Of a DNA stretch of 64,000 bases, positions 43,183 through 52,695 are shown piece by piece. The DNA is from an uncultured archaeon (lineage in GTDB: Archaea > Nanobdellota > Nanobdellia > Woesearchaeales > UBA9642), in assembly GCA_963777125.1 (NCBI GenBank), contig CAVZPN010000048.1, positions 1 through 64,000 of the forward strand. Direction: 5' to 3'. Below the pieces are notes generated by a model. The model was not told where the DNA came from and made no database searches. It saw only the letters and a program-made list of their open reading frames with translations. The stretch's first letter is position 1; every line of letters starts with the position of its first letter. A program made the position numbers and the translations under genes.

Positions 43183-43302
43183 TAAAAACGACAATTCATC
43201 TCCATATTAAAATATTGAGTTTTATTGTCGTTTTTATTATAAAACAAATGTATAGAAAATTAAATTAAAAATTTATTAAAAAAATAAAGAATAAAACGTA
43301 AC

Positions 43303-43527
43303 TTACTTACGTTTTGATTTAGGAGCCATAGCTTTTTCAATTTTTAGCTCTTCTTCTTCAATTCTTTTTGCTTCTAACTCGATATGATGAGTCATTTTCT
43401 CAATATTTTCATCCATTCTAGCAATTCTTCTTTCAAGTAATACTAGAACTCTTAAAGAATAAACTATTGCTGCTAAAGTTCCAATAATTATTGCTAATAT
43501 AACGTTATCCAAAGCCATTTTATACAC
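43303..43527 (-). CDS. Small TM plus coiled-coil protein
   Basis: N-terminal hydrophobic helix then charged heptads. Confidence 0.4.
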   Translation of the reverse strand: MYKMALDNVILAIIIGTLAAIVYSLRVLVLLERRIARMDENIEKMTHHIELEAKRIEEEELKIEKAMAPKSKRK

Positions 43528-43648
43528 CTCTATTTTTACAAACTCTGACTATGATAGAAATACATCCGCATAAGATGTTTATATATTTTGTGTTTATATG
43601 TACGAACTCGACCAAATTCATATAATTATATCATCTATTTAAAAGTAA

Positions 43649-44044
43649 TTATCCAGTGATTAATTGTTCAAAACTTAATCCTTTTCTTTTAGCAATAGGA
43701 ATATCTATAGAATAACTTTTTTCAGTAATTTCTAAATCTTCAATATTTAAAAAAAACCAGTCCATCCTATCAAACTTTACAGCAATCCAAGCTTCTGCGC
43801 CAAATTTATTTGCAAAAAAAACTAATTCATCAACTTCTTTTTTAGTCAAATATTTTTTAGTATCACAAGTTGACTTACATTCAATTGCAAGTCTTCGAAG
43901 ATTATTGCCTGCAAGAATATCAGGACTTGGATATTTCATACTACCAGATCCTGCACTTCGAATAGCAACCCACCCATTATCATTAAACTTATGGATTAAA
44001 TCCCTCTCAGCATTTGATCCTTTGGCTTTTTTGTTTAGTAACAT
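43649..44044 (-). CDS. hjc: Holliday junction resolvase Hjc
   Basis: KGSNAERDLIHKF...PDILAG...LAIECKST catalytic E-D-E-K arrangement; 131 aa. Confidence 0.8.
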   Translation of the reverse strand: MLLNKKAKGSNAERDLIHKFNDNGWVAIRSAGSGSMKYPSPDILAGNNLRRLAIECKSTCDTKKYLTKKEVDELVFFANKFGAEAWIAVKFDRMDWFFLNIEDLEITEKSYSIDIPIAKRKGLSFEQLITG

Positions 44045-44063
44045 AGTAGAATAGTAAATTTAG

Positions 44064-44717
44064 GTGTTTATAATTTTTGTTATAAAAGAAAAATTTAAAT
44101 ACAGACGACATACATACAGACACATGTTTGAATTAGGAGAATATATGGGAGAAGGAGCATTTGCTACCTTTTTTAGAATAAGAGGATATCCTAAATTAGG
44201 AGTAAAGATATCTAGACTTGAACGTCCAAATATGGCTAAAAAAATTCTACAAGAGGAACTAAACAAAGCTAAAATACTGATGGAATTAAAACTACCTGTT
44301 CCTAAATACGTTGAAGTAATTCAAATACAAGTACCGGAATATTTTATCAAAACATTAGATAGAGGAATTACAAGAAATAATCCTGATTCAATAAATAATG
44401 ATGTCTGGATAAAAGAAAGTAGAGAAGAAATAATAACAACTCTAAAAAAAACCGTAGTATATGGCTTGCTAATGGAATATGTAGAACCTGATTTGAGTCT
44501 AATAAGTCAAAAAAGATTAGAGTATATATATAAAAAAGAAGTAGCCAAAATAGAAAAATACGGAATAAAAATAATAGATTCAGGTTTACATCATAATGTA
44601 TTATGGAGTAAAAGTCAAGCAAAAATGTATTTTATAGATGTAGAAGCATGGGATTTATCAGAAATGCATAATCCTGTAACAGAAAAGAAATCGTGGTGGA
44701 GAAAACTATTTGAATAA
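44064..44717 (+). CDS. Atypical protein-kinase-like protein (Bud32/RIO-like fold?)
   Basis: GEGAFATFF glycine loop, conserved Lys (LGVKI), IDSGLHHNVLW, YFIDVEAWD; weak. Confidence 0.3.
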   Translation: MFIIFVIKEKFKYRRHTYRHMFELGEYMGEGAFATFFRIRGYPKLGVKISRLERPNMAKKILQEELNKAKILMELKLPVPKYVEVIQIQVPEYFIKTLDRGITRNNPDSINNDVWIKESREEIITTLKKTVVYGLLMEYVEPDLSLISQKRLEYIYKKEVAKIEKYGIKIIDSGLHHNVLWSKSQAKMYFIDVEAWDLSEMHNPVTEKKSWWRKLFE

Positions 44718-44757
44718 AACAAAAAAATAATAAAAAAATAGAGTCTATTAATCAGAA

Positions 44758-44835
44758 TTACTTCTTCTTAACAATTTTCTTTACTGGCTTTTTTTCGACA
44801 GTCTTTTTTGAGCCACATCCGCAACTTCCACACAT
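44758..44835 (-). CDS. Possible micro-protein MCGSCGCGSKKTVEKKPVKKIVKKK (25 aa)
   Basis: Manual translation; AGGTGA Shine-Dalgarno-like motif 5-10 nt upstream; not in the ORF track. Confidence 0.25.
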   Translation of the reverse strand: MCGSCGCGSKKTVEKKPVKKIVKKK

Positions 44836-44939
44836 GATATCACCTCGCACAAATTATATGCTTTAATACATTAAGTAATAAAAACAGATTTTAAAAAATA
44901 GAATTAAATAAAAACGTAATTAAAAAAAATAAAACATAA

Positions 44940-45233
44940 TTAGATTATGTCTTCTTCTGCTAAAACAACAAAGTCACCGACAGCAATTACTGCTGAAAAT
45001 GGAACTAAAATGTTACCTTCCTTAGTTTTTTCTAACTCTAATTTTTCAATATAGGAAGTAGGATTTATTAATATAATATGTATTAATTCTCCTGTTCTTG
45101 CTTCAAATACTATATCTCCAACTTCACCGAATCTTTTTCCTGATTTAGATATTACAGTTTTTCCAATTAATTGTTTAGAAAATTTCTTATCGTCAGTCAT
45201 TCTTGGTTCTGATTTATTCATTACGTCTGCCAT
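44940..45233 (-). CDS. PRC-barrel domain protein
   Basis: LIGKTVISKSGKRFGEVGDIVFE pattern. Confidence 0.5.
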   Translation of the reverse strand: MADVMNKSEPRMTDDKKFSKQLIGKTVISKSGKRFGEVGDIVFEARTGELIHIILINPTSYIEKLELEKTKEGNILVPFSAVIAVGDFVVLAEEDII

Positions 45234-45429
45234 TACACATCACCTTAAGTATAAATTTTATCAATATTAGAGAATAAGAAAGCACGAATATATAAAGTTT
45301 ACTATTGAGAAGGACTAGGTTAAAATCATGGATGAGAGCATTTTAACATTTAGAACCTAAAAATAGATATATCTCTATAAAAATCGATAATTATTTAAAA
45401 CACCATTCCTATAATCTAGTAAGAAGAGG

Positions 45430-46617
45430 TTGAATAGTTTGAATAATAGTCAAAATAATAATAATTTGCATCATAAAATAATACATAATTTGGTTCTAAA
45501 CCACAAATCATATGCTAACAAGAATAATATTCAATCTAAAAAACCTGCTCTAAATTACAATAATTTAATAAAACAACATTTAGGAATTTTAAAAGAATTA
45601 CAATATAATTCAGGATTATTTGCAGCCTCGAGTAAATCTGTGAATACTGGATATGATAAATCTTGGCTTCGAGATAATTTTTATGAATGCCTTGCATTTG
45701 AAGTAATCGGTGATTGGGATACTGTTGAAAAAACCTATGATGCAGTTCTTCAAATATTTCTCAAACACGAATATAAAATTGATTACGCAATACAATCAAA
45801 ACCCGAGCATAAACATGAATATATACATGCAAGATTTCATCCTGAAACATTTGACGAATTCTGGGAAGATTGGGGTAACAAACAAAACGATAGTATAGGC
45901 GCAATACTCTTTAGAATTGGAGAACTTGAACATCATCATCAAAGATATATCTTAAAAAATGAAAATTATATAAGAATAGTAAATAAACTAGTTCAATACT
46001 TAGAAGCCATACGTTATTGGTGTGATGAGGATAATGGTATGTGGGAAGAAAATGAAGAAGTTCATGCATCAAGTGTTGGAGCATGTGTTGCTGGCCTAAA
46101 AAGCATTAAAAGATTAACAAAAATAGAAGTACCTGATGAATTAATACGCAAGGGAGAAGAAACATTAAACAAATTATTACCTCGAGAATCTAAAACTAAA
46201 TTTGTAGATTTATCTTTATTATCATTAATATATCCTTACAACATTGTTACACCAAAACAAAGAGCAGAAATACTCGAAAATGTTGAATATCTATTACTTC
46301 GAGAAAGAGGAGTAATAAGATACAAAAATGACCATTACTACAACAAAAATCCTGACGGATATAGTGAAGAAGCAGAATGGACATTTGGTCTTAGTTGGCT
46401 TGCAATAATATATGAAAAATTAGGAAATATTCCTAAAGCTAAAGAATTTATAGACAGAGCATTAAAAGCTACAAGCAACAAAGGTGTTCCTGAGTTATAT
46501 TTTAGTAATTCTAAAAAACATAATGAGAATAACCCTTTAGGCTGGAGCGAATCATTATTCATAGTAGCATTACATGATATGAATAAAAAATGTATACATC
46601 AAAATATTAAGAGTTGA
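45430..46617 (+). CDS. GH15-like (glucoamylase/trehalase-type alpha/alpha-6 barrel) glycoside hydrolase
   Basis: YDKSWLRDNFY (W-x-RD) and GMWEEN (general-acid WEE motif as in glucoamylases). Confidence 0.5.
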   Translation: MNSLNNSQNNNNLHHKIIHNLVLNHKSYANKNNIQSKKPALNYNNLIKQHLGILKELQYNSGLFAASSKSVNTGYDKSWLRDNFYECLAFEVIGDWDTVEKTYDAVLQIFLKHEYKIDYAIQSKPEHKHEYIHARFHPETFDEFWEDWGNKQNDSIGAILFRIGELEHHHQRYILKNENYIRIVNKLVQYLEAIRYWCDEDNGMWEENEEVHASSVGACVAGLKSIKRLTKIEVPDELIRKGEETLNKLLPRESKTKFVDLSLLSLIYPYNIVTPKQRAEILENVEYLLLRERGVIRYKNDHYYNKNPDGYSEEAEWTFGLSWLAIIYEKLGNIPKAKEFIDRALKATSNKGVPELYFSNSKKHNENNPLGWSESLFIVALHDMNKKCIHQNIKS

Positions 46618-46621
46618 AAAT

Positions 46622-47953
46622 TTGAATAATAAAAATACTAAAACATCTAAGGCGTGGGTCATTTCTGTTGATATGGGATATGGTCATCAAAGGGCAGCAT
46701 ATCCTCTCAAAGATATTGCTTATGAAAGAATAATAACAGCCAATAGTGATGAAATTATATCTGAAAAAGAACGTAATATCTGGGAACAAACAAGAATATT
46801 ATATGAAGCCGTATCGAGATTAAAAACCATTCCAGTTATAGGACAACAATTATTTAACATTTATGATCAAATACAAAAAATATCTCCATTTTTTCCATTT
46901 AGAGATTTATCAAAACCTAATTTTAGTACACTAAGAGTTAAAAAAATCATTGATGAGGGATTTGGTAAAAGTCTTGTAGAGTATACCTCTAAACAAAATA
47001 TTCCGATAATTTCTACATATCCAATATCTGCATTAATGTTTGACTACAATAATAAAAAAGTATATCTTGTTGTTACAGATACAGACATTAATAGAGTGTG
47101 GGTCTCAAATAATCCTAAAACAAGCAATATAACATATTTTGCACCATGTAAACACGTTGTTTTAAGACTTAAACAATACGGAGTATCTGATGAAAAGATA
47201 ATTGAAACAGGTTTTCCGTTACCTAAAGAAAACATCGGTAAGAATGACGAAATAGTAAAAAAAGATCTTATGGCAAGATTAGTGAATCTTGATCCTGAAG
47301 GAATATTTTTTGAAAAATATAAAGGAATGGTTATTGATAAACTGAATTTAAAAAAGAATCAGAAATTTGATTTGGAATCATTAAAAAAATTTAAAACACA
47401 TGACCTCACTATAACATACGCTATTGGTGGTGCTGGTGCACAAAAAGAATTAGCAATTGAAATTATTAAATCATTAAGAGAAAAAATAGAATCCAAAAAA
47501 TTAATTATAAATATAGTAGTCGGAATAAAATTAGAATTAAAAATGTATTTTGAAACAGAATTAAAAAATATAGGATTAAAAGATAATATCGGAATAAATA
47601 TCAACATAATATTTGCATTCGACAAAAAAACTATTTTTGAAAATACTAATAAAATTTTACGAACCACAGATATATTATGGACAAAACCTAGCGAAATGTC
47701 ATTTTACACCGCTCTTGGAATACCAATAATTATTGCCCCACCAATTGGAGCTCATGAACACTTTAATAAAGAATGGTTACAACACATCGGTAGCGGATTT
47801 GTTCAAGAAGATCCTTTATTTACTAAAGATTGGATTTATTATTGGATACAAGATGGAAGACTTGCTGATGCTGCAATACAAGGATTTATAGATGCTCCAA
47901 GGCATGGAACATATAATATTGAACAATACTTGTCTAAAAAAGGTAATATTTAA
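46622..47953 (+). CDS. GT28-family glycosyltransferase (MGDG-synthase-like)
   Basis: ISVDMGYGHQRAAYPL (G-x-G-H-x-x-AA N-terminal signature); 443 aa; immediately downstream of the GH15-like gene. Confidence 0.5.
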   Translation: MNNKNTKTSKAWVISVDMGYGHQRAAYPLKDIAYERIITANSDEIISEKERNIWEQTRILYEAVSRLKTIPVIGQQLFNIYDQIQKISPFFPFRDLSKPNFSTLRVKKIIDEGFGKSLVEYTSKQNIPIISTYPISALMFDYNNKKVYLVVTDTDINRVWVSNNPKTSNITYFAPCKHVVLRLKQYGVSDEKIIETGFPLPKENIGKNDEIVKKDLMARLVNLDPEGIFFEKYKGMVIDKLNLKKNQKFDLESLKKFKTHDLTITYAIGGAGAQKELAIEIIKSLREKIESKKLIINIVVGIKLELKMYFETELKNIGLKDNIGININIIFAFDKKTIFENTNKILRTTDILWTKPSEMSFYTALGIPIIIAPPIGAHEHFNKEWLQHIGSGFVQEDPLFTKDWIYYWIQDGRLADAAIQGFIDAPRHGTYNIEQYLSKKGNI

Positions 47954-48000
47954 AAAATACCATTGATTAAAAGCATAAAAGAACACATAATTAAAGAACA

Positions 48001-48687
48001 ATGATAAAAAAATCACATAAAAAAAGAACATCGAATAAGAAAAATAGCGTAACACGAAAATTAGATGAAGTTCTAAAAGTTGAAAATAAGTTATTACAAG
48101 TTGAGAAAAACATATCAAGAAAAGAAGATAATTTAGCAAAAGAAGAGAAAAAAATAGAATTAGAGGAATCTAGAATAGAAACTGATGAAAACAATATGAA
48201 AGATGTTTCTAGCATTCTTAAAAAAGAAGAATCCGACTTAGAAAGACTTGAAAAAATAGAAACTGAAATAAAAAATGAAGTTGGGGAACATCCTCTTGCT
48301 AAAGTAACATTAAAAGATATCACTAAAGGATTAATTGGTGCATTTATTGGACTTTCTGTTCATTATACTTTTACTTATGGTGTTGAAATTGCCCATAGTT
48401 TAACAATGACACGAGCCACAATAATGTTCCCATTAACGTTTTTAGTAGGATTATTATTTATATATGCAACTGGCTTTAGAAAAGTTGAAGATAAAAGAAT
48501 ATTAATATATATGCCTCTAAGAGTAATAGTATTATTTATGTGTTCATTAGCAATGTCAATACTAGTACTATACTTCTTTTATCCATTATTCGGACATAAT
48601 TTTGAAGAATCATATAAAATGGTAGCAGCAGTAATGCTTTCAGCAATAGTTGGTGCATGTACGGCAGATTTACTGGGAAAGGAATAA
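48001..48687 (+). CDS. Coiled-coil protein with C-terminal multi-TM domain
   Basis: Charged N-terminal half, 3-4 hydrophobic helices. Confidence 0.4.
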   Translation: MIKKSHKKRTSNKKNSVTRKLDEVLKVENKLLQVEKNISRKEDNLAKEEKKIELEESRIETDENNMKDVSSILKKEESDLERLEKIETEIKNEVGEHPLAKVTLKDITKGLIGAFIGLSVHYTFTYGVEIAHSLTMTRATIMFPLTFLVGLLFIYATGFRKVEDKRILIYMPLRVIVLFMCSLAMSILVLYFFYPLFGHNFEESYKMVAAVMLSAIVGACTADLLGKE

Positions 48688-49160
48688 AAATGTATATAAT
48701 AAATATTGATAAAGAAATACAAAAAGATAAGAGAATAGAAGAAATATTTAGAAATATTGAATCAGAATTAATTAACGAAGAAGTTACAGACTCAATACTT
48801 CAAAGCAAAAAAACATTATTAACATGTTTAAAAAATATTGGACTTCTAAGAGACATGTATACTGCGCAACAACAAGAATTTTATAATTATAGACCGGTTT
48901 TTATCAAAGAAGGAGCTAAAAAAGAATCAGAAAGATTATATGGTGACTTAACTAAAATGATTATAGATATTAATGAATATGAAAAAATATTGCATTATAT
49001 AATCAACTTAATTGAAGATTCAAAAAGTAAACTTGAAGATCAGAAAGCTAAAATAAAAAAAGGATTAGATGATATAAGTAAAGCTTATGAAGCATTTATC
49101 GAAACAAATAAAGATGCAATAATACAGCTAGAACAAATAAAAGTTCTATCTAAACAATAA
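48657..49160 (+). CDS. Hypothetical coiled-coil protein
   Basis: Intact ORF. Confidence 0.35.
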   Translation: MYGRFTGKGIKMYIINIDKEIQKDKRIEEIFRNIESELINEEVTDSILQSKKTLLTCLKNIGLLRDMYTAQQQEFYNYRPVFIKEGAKKESERLYGDLTKMIIDINEYEKILHYIINLIEDSKSKLEDQKAKIKKGLDDISKAYEAFIETNKDAIIQLEQIKVLSKQ

Positions 49161-49165
49161 GTCAA

Positions 49166-50206
49166 ATGAACCTTAATGATTATTCTTACGAACTTCCAGA
49201 AAAATTAATAGCACAAAAGCCACATTTTCCAAAAGATGAATGCAAATTATTAATTCTTGGTAACAAAATAGAACACACTAAATTCTATAATACTATTGAT
49301 CATTTAAAAAAGGGAGATATATTGGTATTAAATAATACTAAAGTTAGTCATGCTAAAATATATGGTGAAAAAGAAACGGGAAGTAATGCAGAAGTAATAC
49401 TGATAAAAAATATTAAAAATAATATTTATGAAGCAAAAATTAAAACAAAAAATCCCCTCATAGGAACTAAAATTATTATCAATACTAAAAATAAACACCA
49501 TAAAATTAATACAAGCAACAATAACCATAATAAGGAGTACATAGAAATTATTGACAAAAAGAATATTGATACCTTTATTGTGAAATTGAGTTCTAAAGAG
49601 ATTTTATCTTTGGCGATACTACCGACGCCACCATATATTAAAAGAAAATTAAAGGATTCCGAATATCAAACAATATTTTCTAAAAAAGTAGGATCATTAG
49701 CGGCACCTACTGCAGGTCTTCATTTTACAAAAAAGTTATTAGAAAAAATCAAACGACTAGGAGTAGAAATTGTATATATAACATTACATGTAAGTTATGG
49801 TACTTTTAAAAATATTGATGATATTGATAATTATGTTATGGATCCTGAATACTACGAAATAACAAAAGATTCAGCAAATAAAATAAATAATCGCAAAGGT
49901 CGATTAATTGTATGCGGCACAACAACCCTAAAAGCACTTGAAACAGCATCAGAAAAAGGTAAAATTATTTCAGGAAATAACTGGTCAACATTATTTATTT
50001 ACCCACCATACAAATTTAAATCAAAAACAGACATACTAATAACAAATTTTCACTTACCAAAATCTACATTATTACTTTTAACATGTGCTTTTGGAGAAAA
50101 GGAAAGGATACTAAACGCATACAATATAGCTGTTAAAAAGAGATATAAATTCTATAGCCTAGGAGACGCTATGATGATATATTTTAATCCTTCCATTAAT
50201 GCATGA
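49166..50206 (+). CDS. queA: S-adenosylmethionine:tRNA ribosyltransferase-isomerase QueA
   Basis: YSYELPEKLIAQKP, AAPTAGLHFT, ITLHVSYGTF, CGTTTLKALE, NFHLPKSTL, YSLGDAMMIY; essentially collinear with E. coli QueA. Confidence 0.85.
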   Translation: MNLNDYSYELPEKLIAQKPHFPKDECKLLILGNKIEHTKFYNTIDHLKKGDILVLNNTKVSHAKIYGEKETGSNAEVILIKNIKNNIYEAKIKTKNPLIGTKIIINTKNKHHKINTSNNNHNKEYIEIIDKKNIDTFIVKLSSKEILSLAILPTPPYIKRKLKDSEYQTIFSKKVGSLAAPTAGLHFTKKLLEKIKRLGVEIVYITLHVSYGTFKNIDDIDNYVMDPEYYEITKDSANKINNRKGRLIVCGTTTLKALETASEKGKIISGNNWSTLFIYPPYKFKSKTDILITNFHLPKSTLLLLTCAFGEKERILNAYNIAVKKRYKFYSLGDAMMIYFNPSINA

Positions 50207-50295
50207 TAAAGTTTATAAATATGTTTTTCGACTATAATTAAATAATGAATAGCAACAACTAACTTGTTATTTATTTTACGGTTAAGAGGCGAGTA

Positions 50296-51219
50296 ATGGT
50301 TTTAGAAAACATCATCAATCCAACATGGGCAGAAAATAAACCTTCAATGATGATACTTGTTGGCGCTATATATACTACTCTTGCAATATTTTTAAGTTTC
50401 TATATCTTTGAAGCATATAGCAGTGTATTTATGGTTTTTTTAACAACACTTGCAATACTGCCTATATTTTATAAAATAATTAAAACTGAAGAACAAAAAG
50501 ATTTAACAGATATGGAAGAAAAAATCTTATTGAAAGAACATTCAAAGGCATTAAAAGCATTCATGTATCTTTTTATTGGCGCAACACTTTGTTTCTCACT
50601 ATGGTATATAGTATTACCTACAGATATGACTAGTATCTTATTTCACTCACAATCAAGCACCATTAGTACAATAAATGCTCGTGTTACAGACCAAATAGAC
50701 ATTACTGGAAATGCTACAAGCCATGCATCAATATTTACTAGAATATTTTTTAATAATTTTAAAGTAATGTTATTTTGTATACTATTTTCATTTATATACG
50801 GTGCTGGAGCAATATTCATACTAATATGGAATGCATCTATAGTCGGAACGGCAATAGGTTCTTTTGTTCGAGCAAGTATTGATACACTTATAACTAGTTC
50901 GTGTGGCGCAACTACTGGCACAACATTTTGCGCAGTCTCATCAGGAATACTCAGATACACAATCCATGGAATTCCAGAAATACTTGCATATTTTGTCGCA
51001 GCTCTTGCAGGAGGCATAATTAGTATCGCAGTTATTAATCAAGAATTTAATTCTAGAAAATTTGAACACATCCTTCTAGATAGTGCCAATCTATTAATGG
51101 TTGCTATAGCAATATTATTTATTGCAGCATTACTTGAAGTATTTATAACGCCAGCATTAAGTTTTGATAAAAACTTCTATAGCTCATGTTTAGGATTAAT
51201 GTCATGCACACTAGCATAA
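50296..51219 (+). CDS. SpoIIM/DUF95-family membrane protein
   Basis: FFNNFKVM...GAGAIFILIWNASIVG...IHGIPEILAYFVAALAGG pattern. Confidence 0.5.
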   Translation: MVLENIINPTWAENKPSMMILVGAIYTTLAIFLSFYIFEAYSSVFMVFLTTLAILPIFYKIIKTEEQKDLTDMEEKILLKEHSKALKAFMYLFIGATLCFSLWYIVLPTDMTSILFHSQSSTISTINARVTDQIDITGNATSHASIFTRIFFNNFKVMLFCILFSFIYGAGAIFILIWNASIVGTAIGSFVRASIDTLITSSCGATTGTTFCAVSSGILRYTIHGIPEILAYFVAALAGGIISIAVINQEFNSRKFEHILLDSANLLMVAIAILFIAALLEVFITPALSFDKNFYSSCLGLMSCTLA

Positions 51220-51260
51220 TTAAACCACATAATACTACATAAACATACTACATAAATAAC

Positions 51261-51437
51261 AAAAACTCGCTGCTCGAGGCTATCCTCGGGCTAAAGCCCG
51301 AAGTATTACGCCTCTCGCTTAATCGCGAGTTCCACAAAAATCAAAGATTTGTGGGACCAAGAAATCTTCGATTTCTTTGGTTTTGGGATTAAAAATTTCG
51401 GCCTCAAGACCAAGGTATTAGACCACGAAATTTTTAA
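51261..51437. repeat. Structured multi-hairpin repeat element, copy B
   Basis: See copy A; carries compensatory ACTCGC/GCGAGT closing stem. Confidence 0.7.
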
Positions 51438-51465
51438 TAAATAGAATACTATTCTAACAAATAAT

Positions 51466-52689
51466 TTATTCTTTGGCGTATGCTAAGAAATGCATTGTAT
51501 CATAAACTTTTAATGCACGCATTTTATCAAGAGTTTTTCTATCCATCAAAGGCACTAATTCAGACTCGATAATATCAATAGTATGATTGGATACTAATTC
51601 ATCTTTAGAATGATATTTTTGTATAACTTGCTTAATAGTGTTTCTAACGCGAGTCGCAGAAATTGGCAAACAATCGGATTTTGCAGTCGAACGAACTACG
51701 GAGAGTAGGTTATAATCTCCTTCGCCAAATAATTGTTTTGTCCAATCATTTCCAGCAATTACTGAATTAAATGTAGGACATAAAGATACTGTCTTTGGAG
51801 CAAAACAAGCATTAGCATCAATATCTTTTATTGGAATAGTATAAAATTGGTCTGCACCAATACCATTATTAATCAAAGCATGCCTGATAATATCTATACG
51901 TTGACCCGCTGTAAATGGATCTGAATCAGTATGATCTTGCTGTGCTGAACCTATTGCAATAACTATTTGATCTGAATTTTGTAATCCTAATCGGATATTA
52001 GAAAAATGTCCATTATTATCTTCATAAACTCCTGTAAATGGTTGAAATCCACCTAGAAATAGTGTTCGTTTAGCAATATTTTTTGTAATATTAAAATCTG
52101 AATTTTTACGGTTATATATAGCATTTATTCTATTAGATAAATTACTTTCAAACAGATAATCGATAGCACTTTGAGGAATATATATTTTTAATTCATCCAT
52201 AGCAGCACTATTACCCTTCAAATATTGTGCAAGTAAATTAAAATATTCTTTTTCTGGCTTTTGTTCATCTATGGTTTGTATATTATAATGATAATTTTTC
52301 TTAAATGATTCAAACATTGTGGCATTCTTAAAATTTCTAGTATATACGGTGTGCCATTTTGGCGTCAACATTAAAATTTCCGATACCCATCTAGTTGCAT
52401 CAGGAGCGTTTTCTATAGGTATAAGAATATATTTATTAGGAGATATTCCTTCTGATTTTAATACATGATCAGTTAATTCTATTCTTTCTCCGGCAGTCAT
52501 TATTTCTCCTATTTCATGAGAGTATCCTGCATTACCTATTCCTATGACTACTTCATCATTTTCTTCCAAAATTAATTTTATTAAATCAACATCTTTTTTT
52601 GTTGTTGGTTGAAATTTTTCTATTATAAATCCTCGTTTAGGATTTAAATTATAATTATTTTTTATGTAATTAGAATCCATATGTATCAC
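51466..52689 (-). CDS. Tandem nucleotidyltransferase (NadM/NMNAT-like) domain protein, HxGH motifs degenerate
   Basis: Two repeats RGFIIEKFQP...VVIGIGNA...TAGERIEL and TLFLGGFQPF...IVIAIGSA...TAGQRIDI. Confidence 0.5.
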   Translation of the reverse strand: MIHMDSNYIKNNYNLNPKRGFIIEKFQPTTKKDVDLIKLILEENDEVVIGIGNAGYSHEIGEIMTAGERIELTDHVLKSEGISPNKYILIPIENAPDATRWVSEILMLTPKWHTVYTRNFKNATMFESFKKNYHYNIQTIDEQKPEKEYFNLLAQYLKGNSAAMDELKIYIPQSAIDYLFESNLSNRINAIYNRKNSDFNITKNIAKRTLFLGGFQPFTGVYEDNNGHFSNIRLGLQNSDQIVIAIGSAQQDHTDSDPFTAGQRIDIIRHALINNGIGADQFYTIPIKDIDANACFAPKTVSLCPTFNSVIAGNDWTKQLFGEGDYNLLSVVRSTAKSDCLPISATRVRNTIKQVIQKYHSKDELVSNHTIDIIESELVPLMDRKTLDKMRALKVYDTMHFLAYAKE

Positions 52690-52695
52690 GTCAAT

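Noticed and set aside
47044-48323. Several minus-strand ORFs (47044-47235, 47359-47667, 47816-48139, 47991-48323)
   Set aside because: Antisense to the GT28 gene and the following coiled-coil gene; Phe/Leu/Ile-rich translations typical of the T-rich antisense strand.
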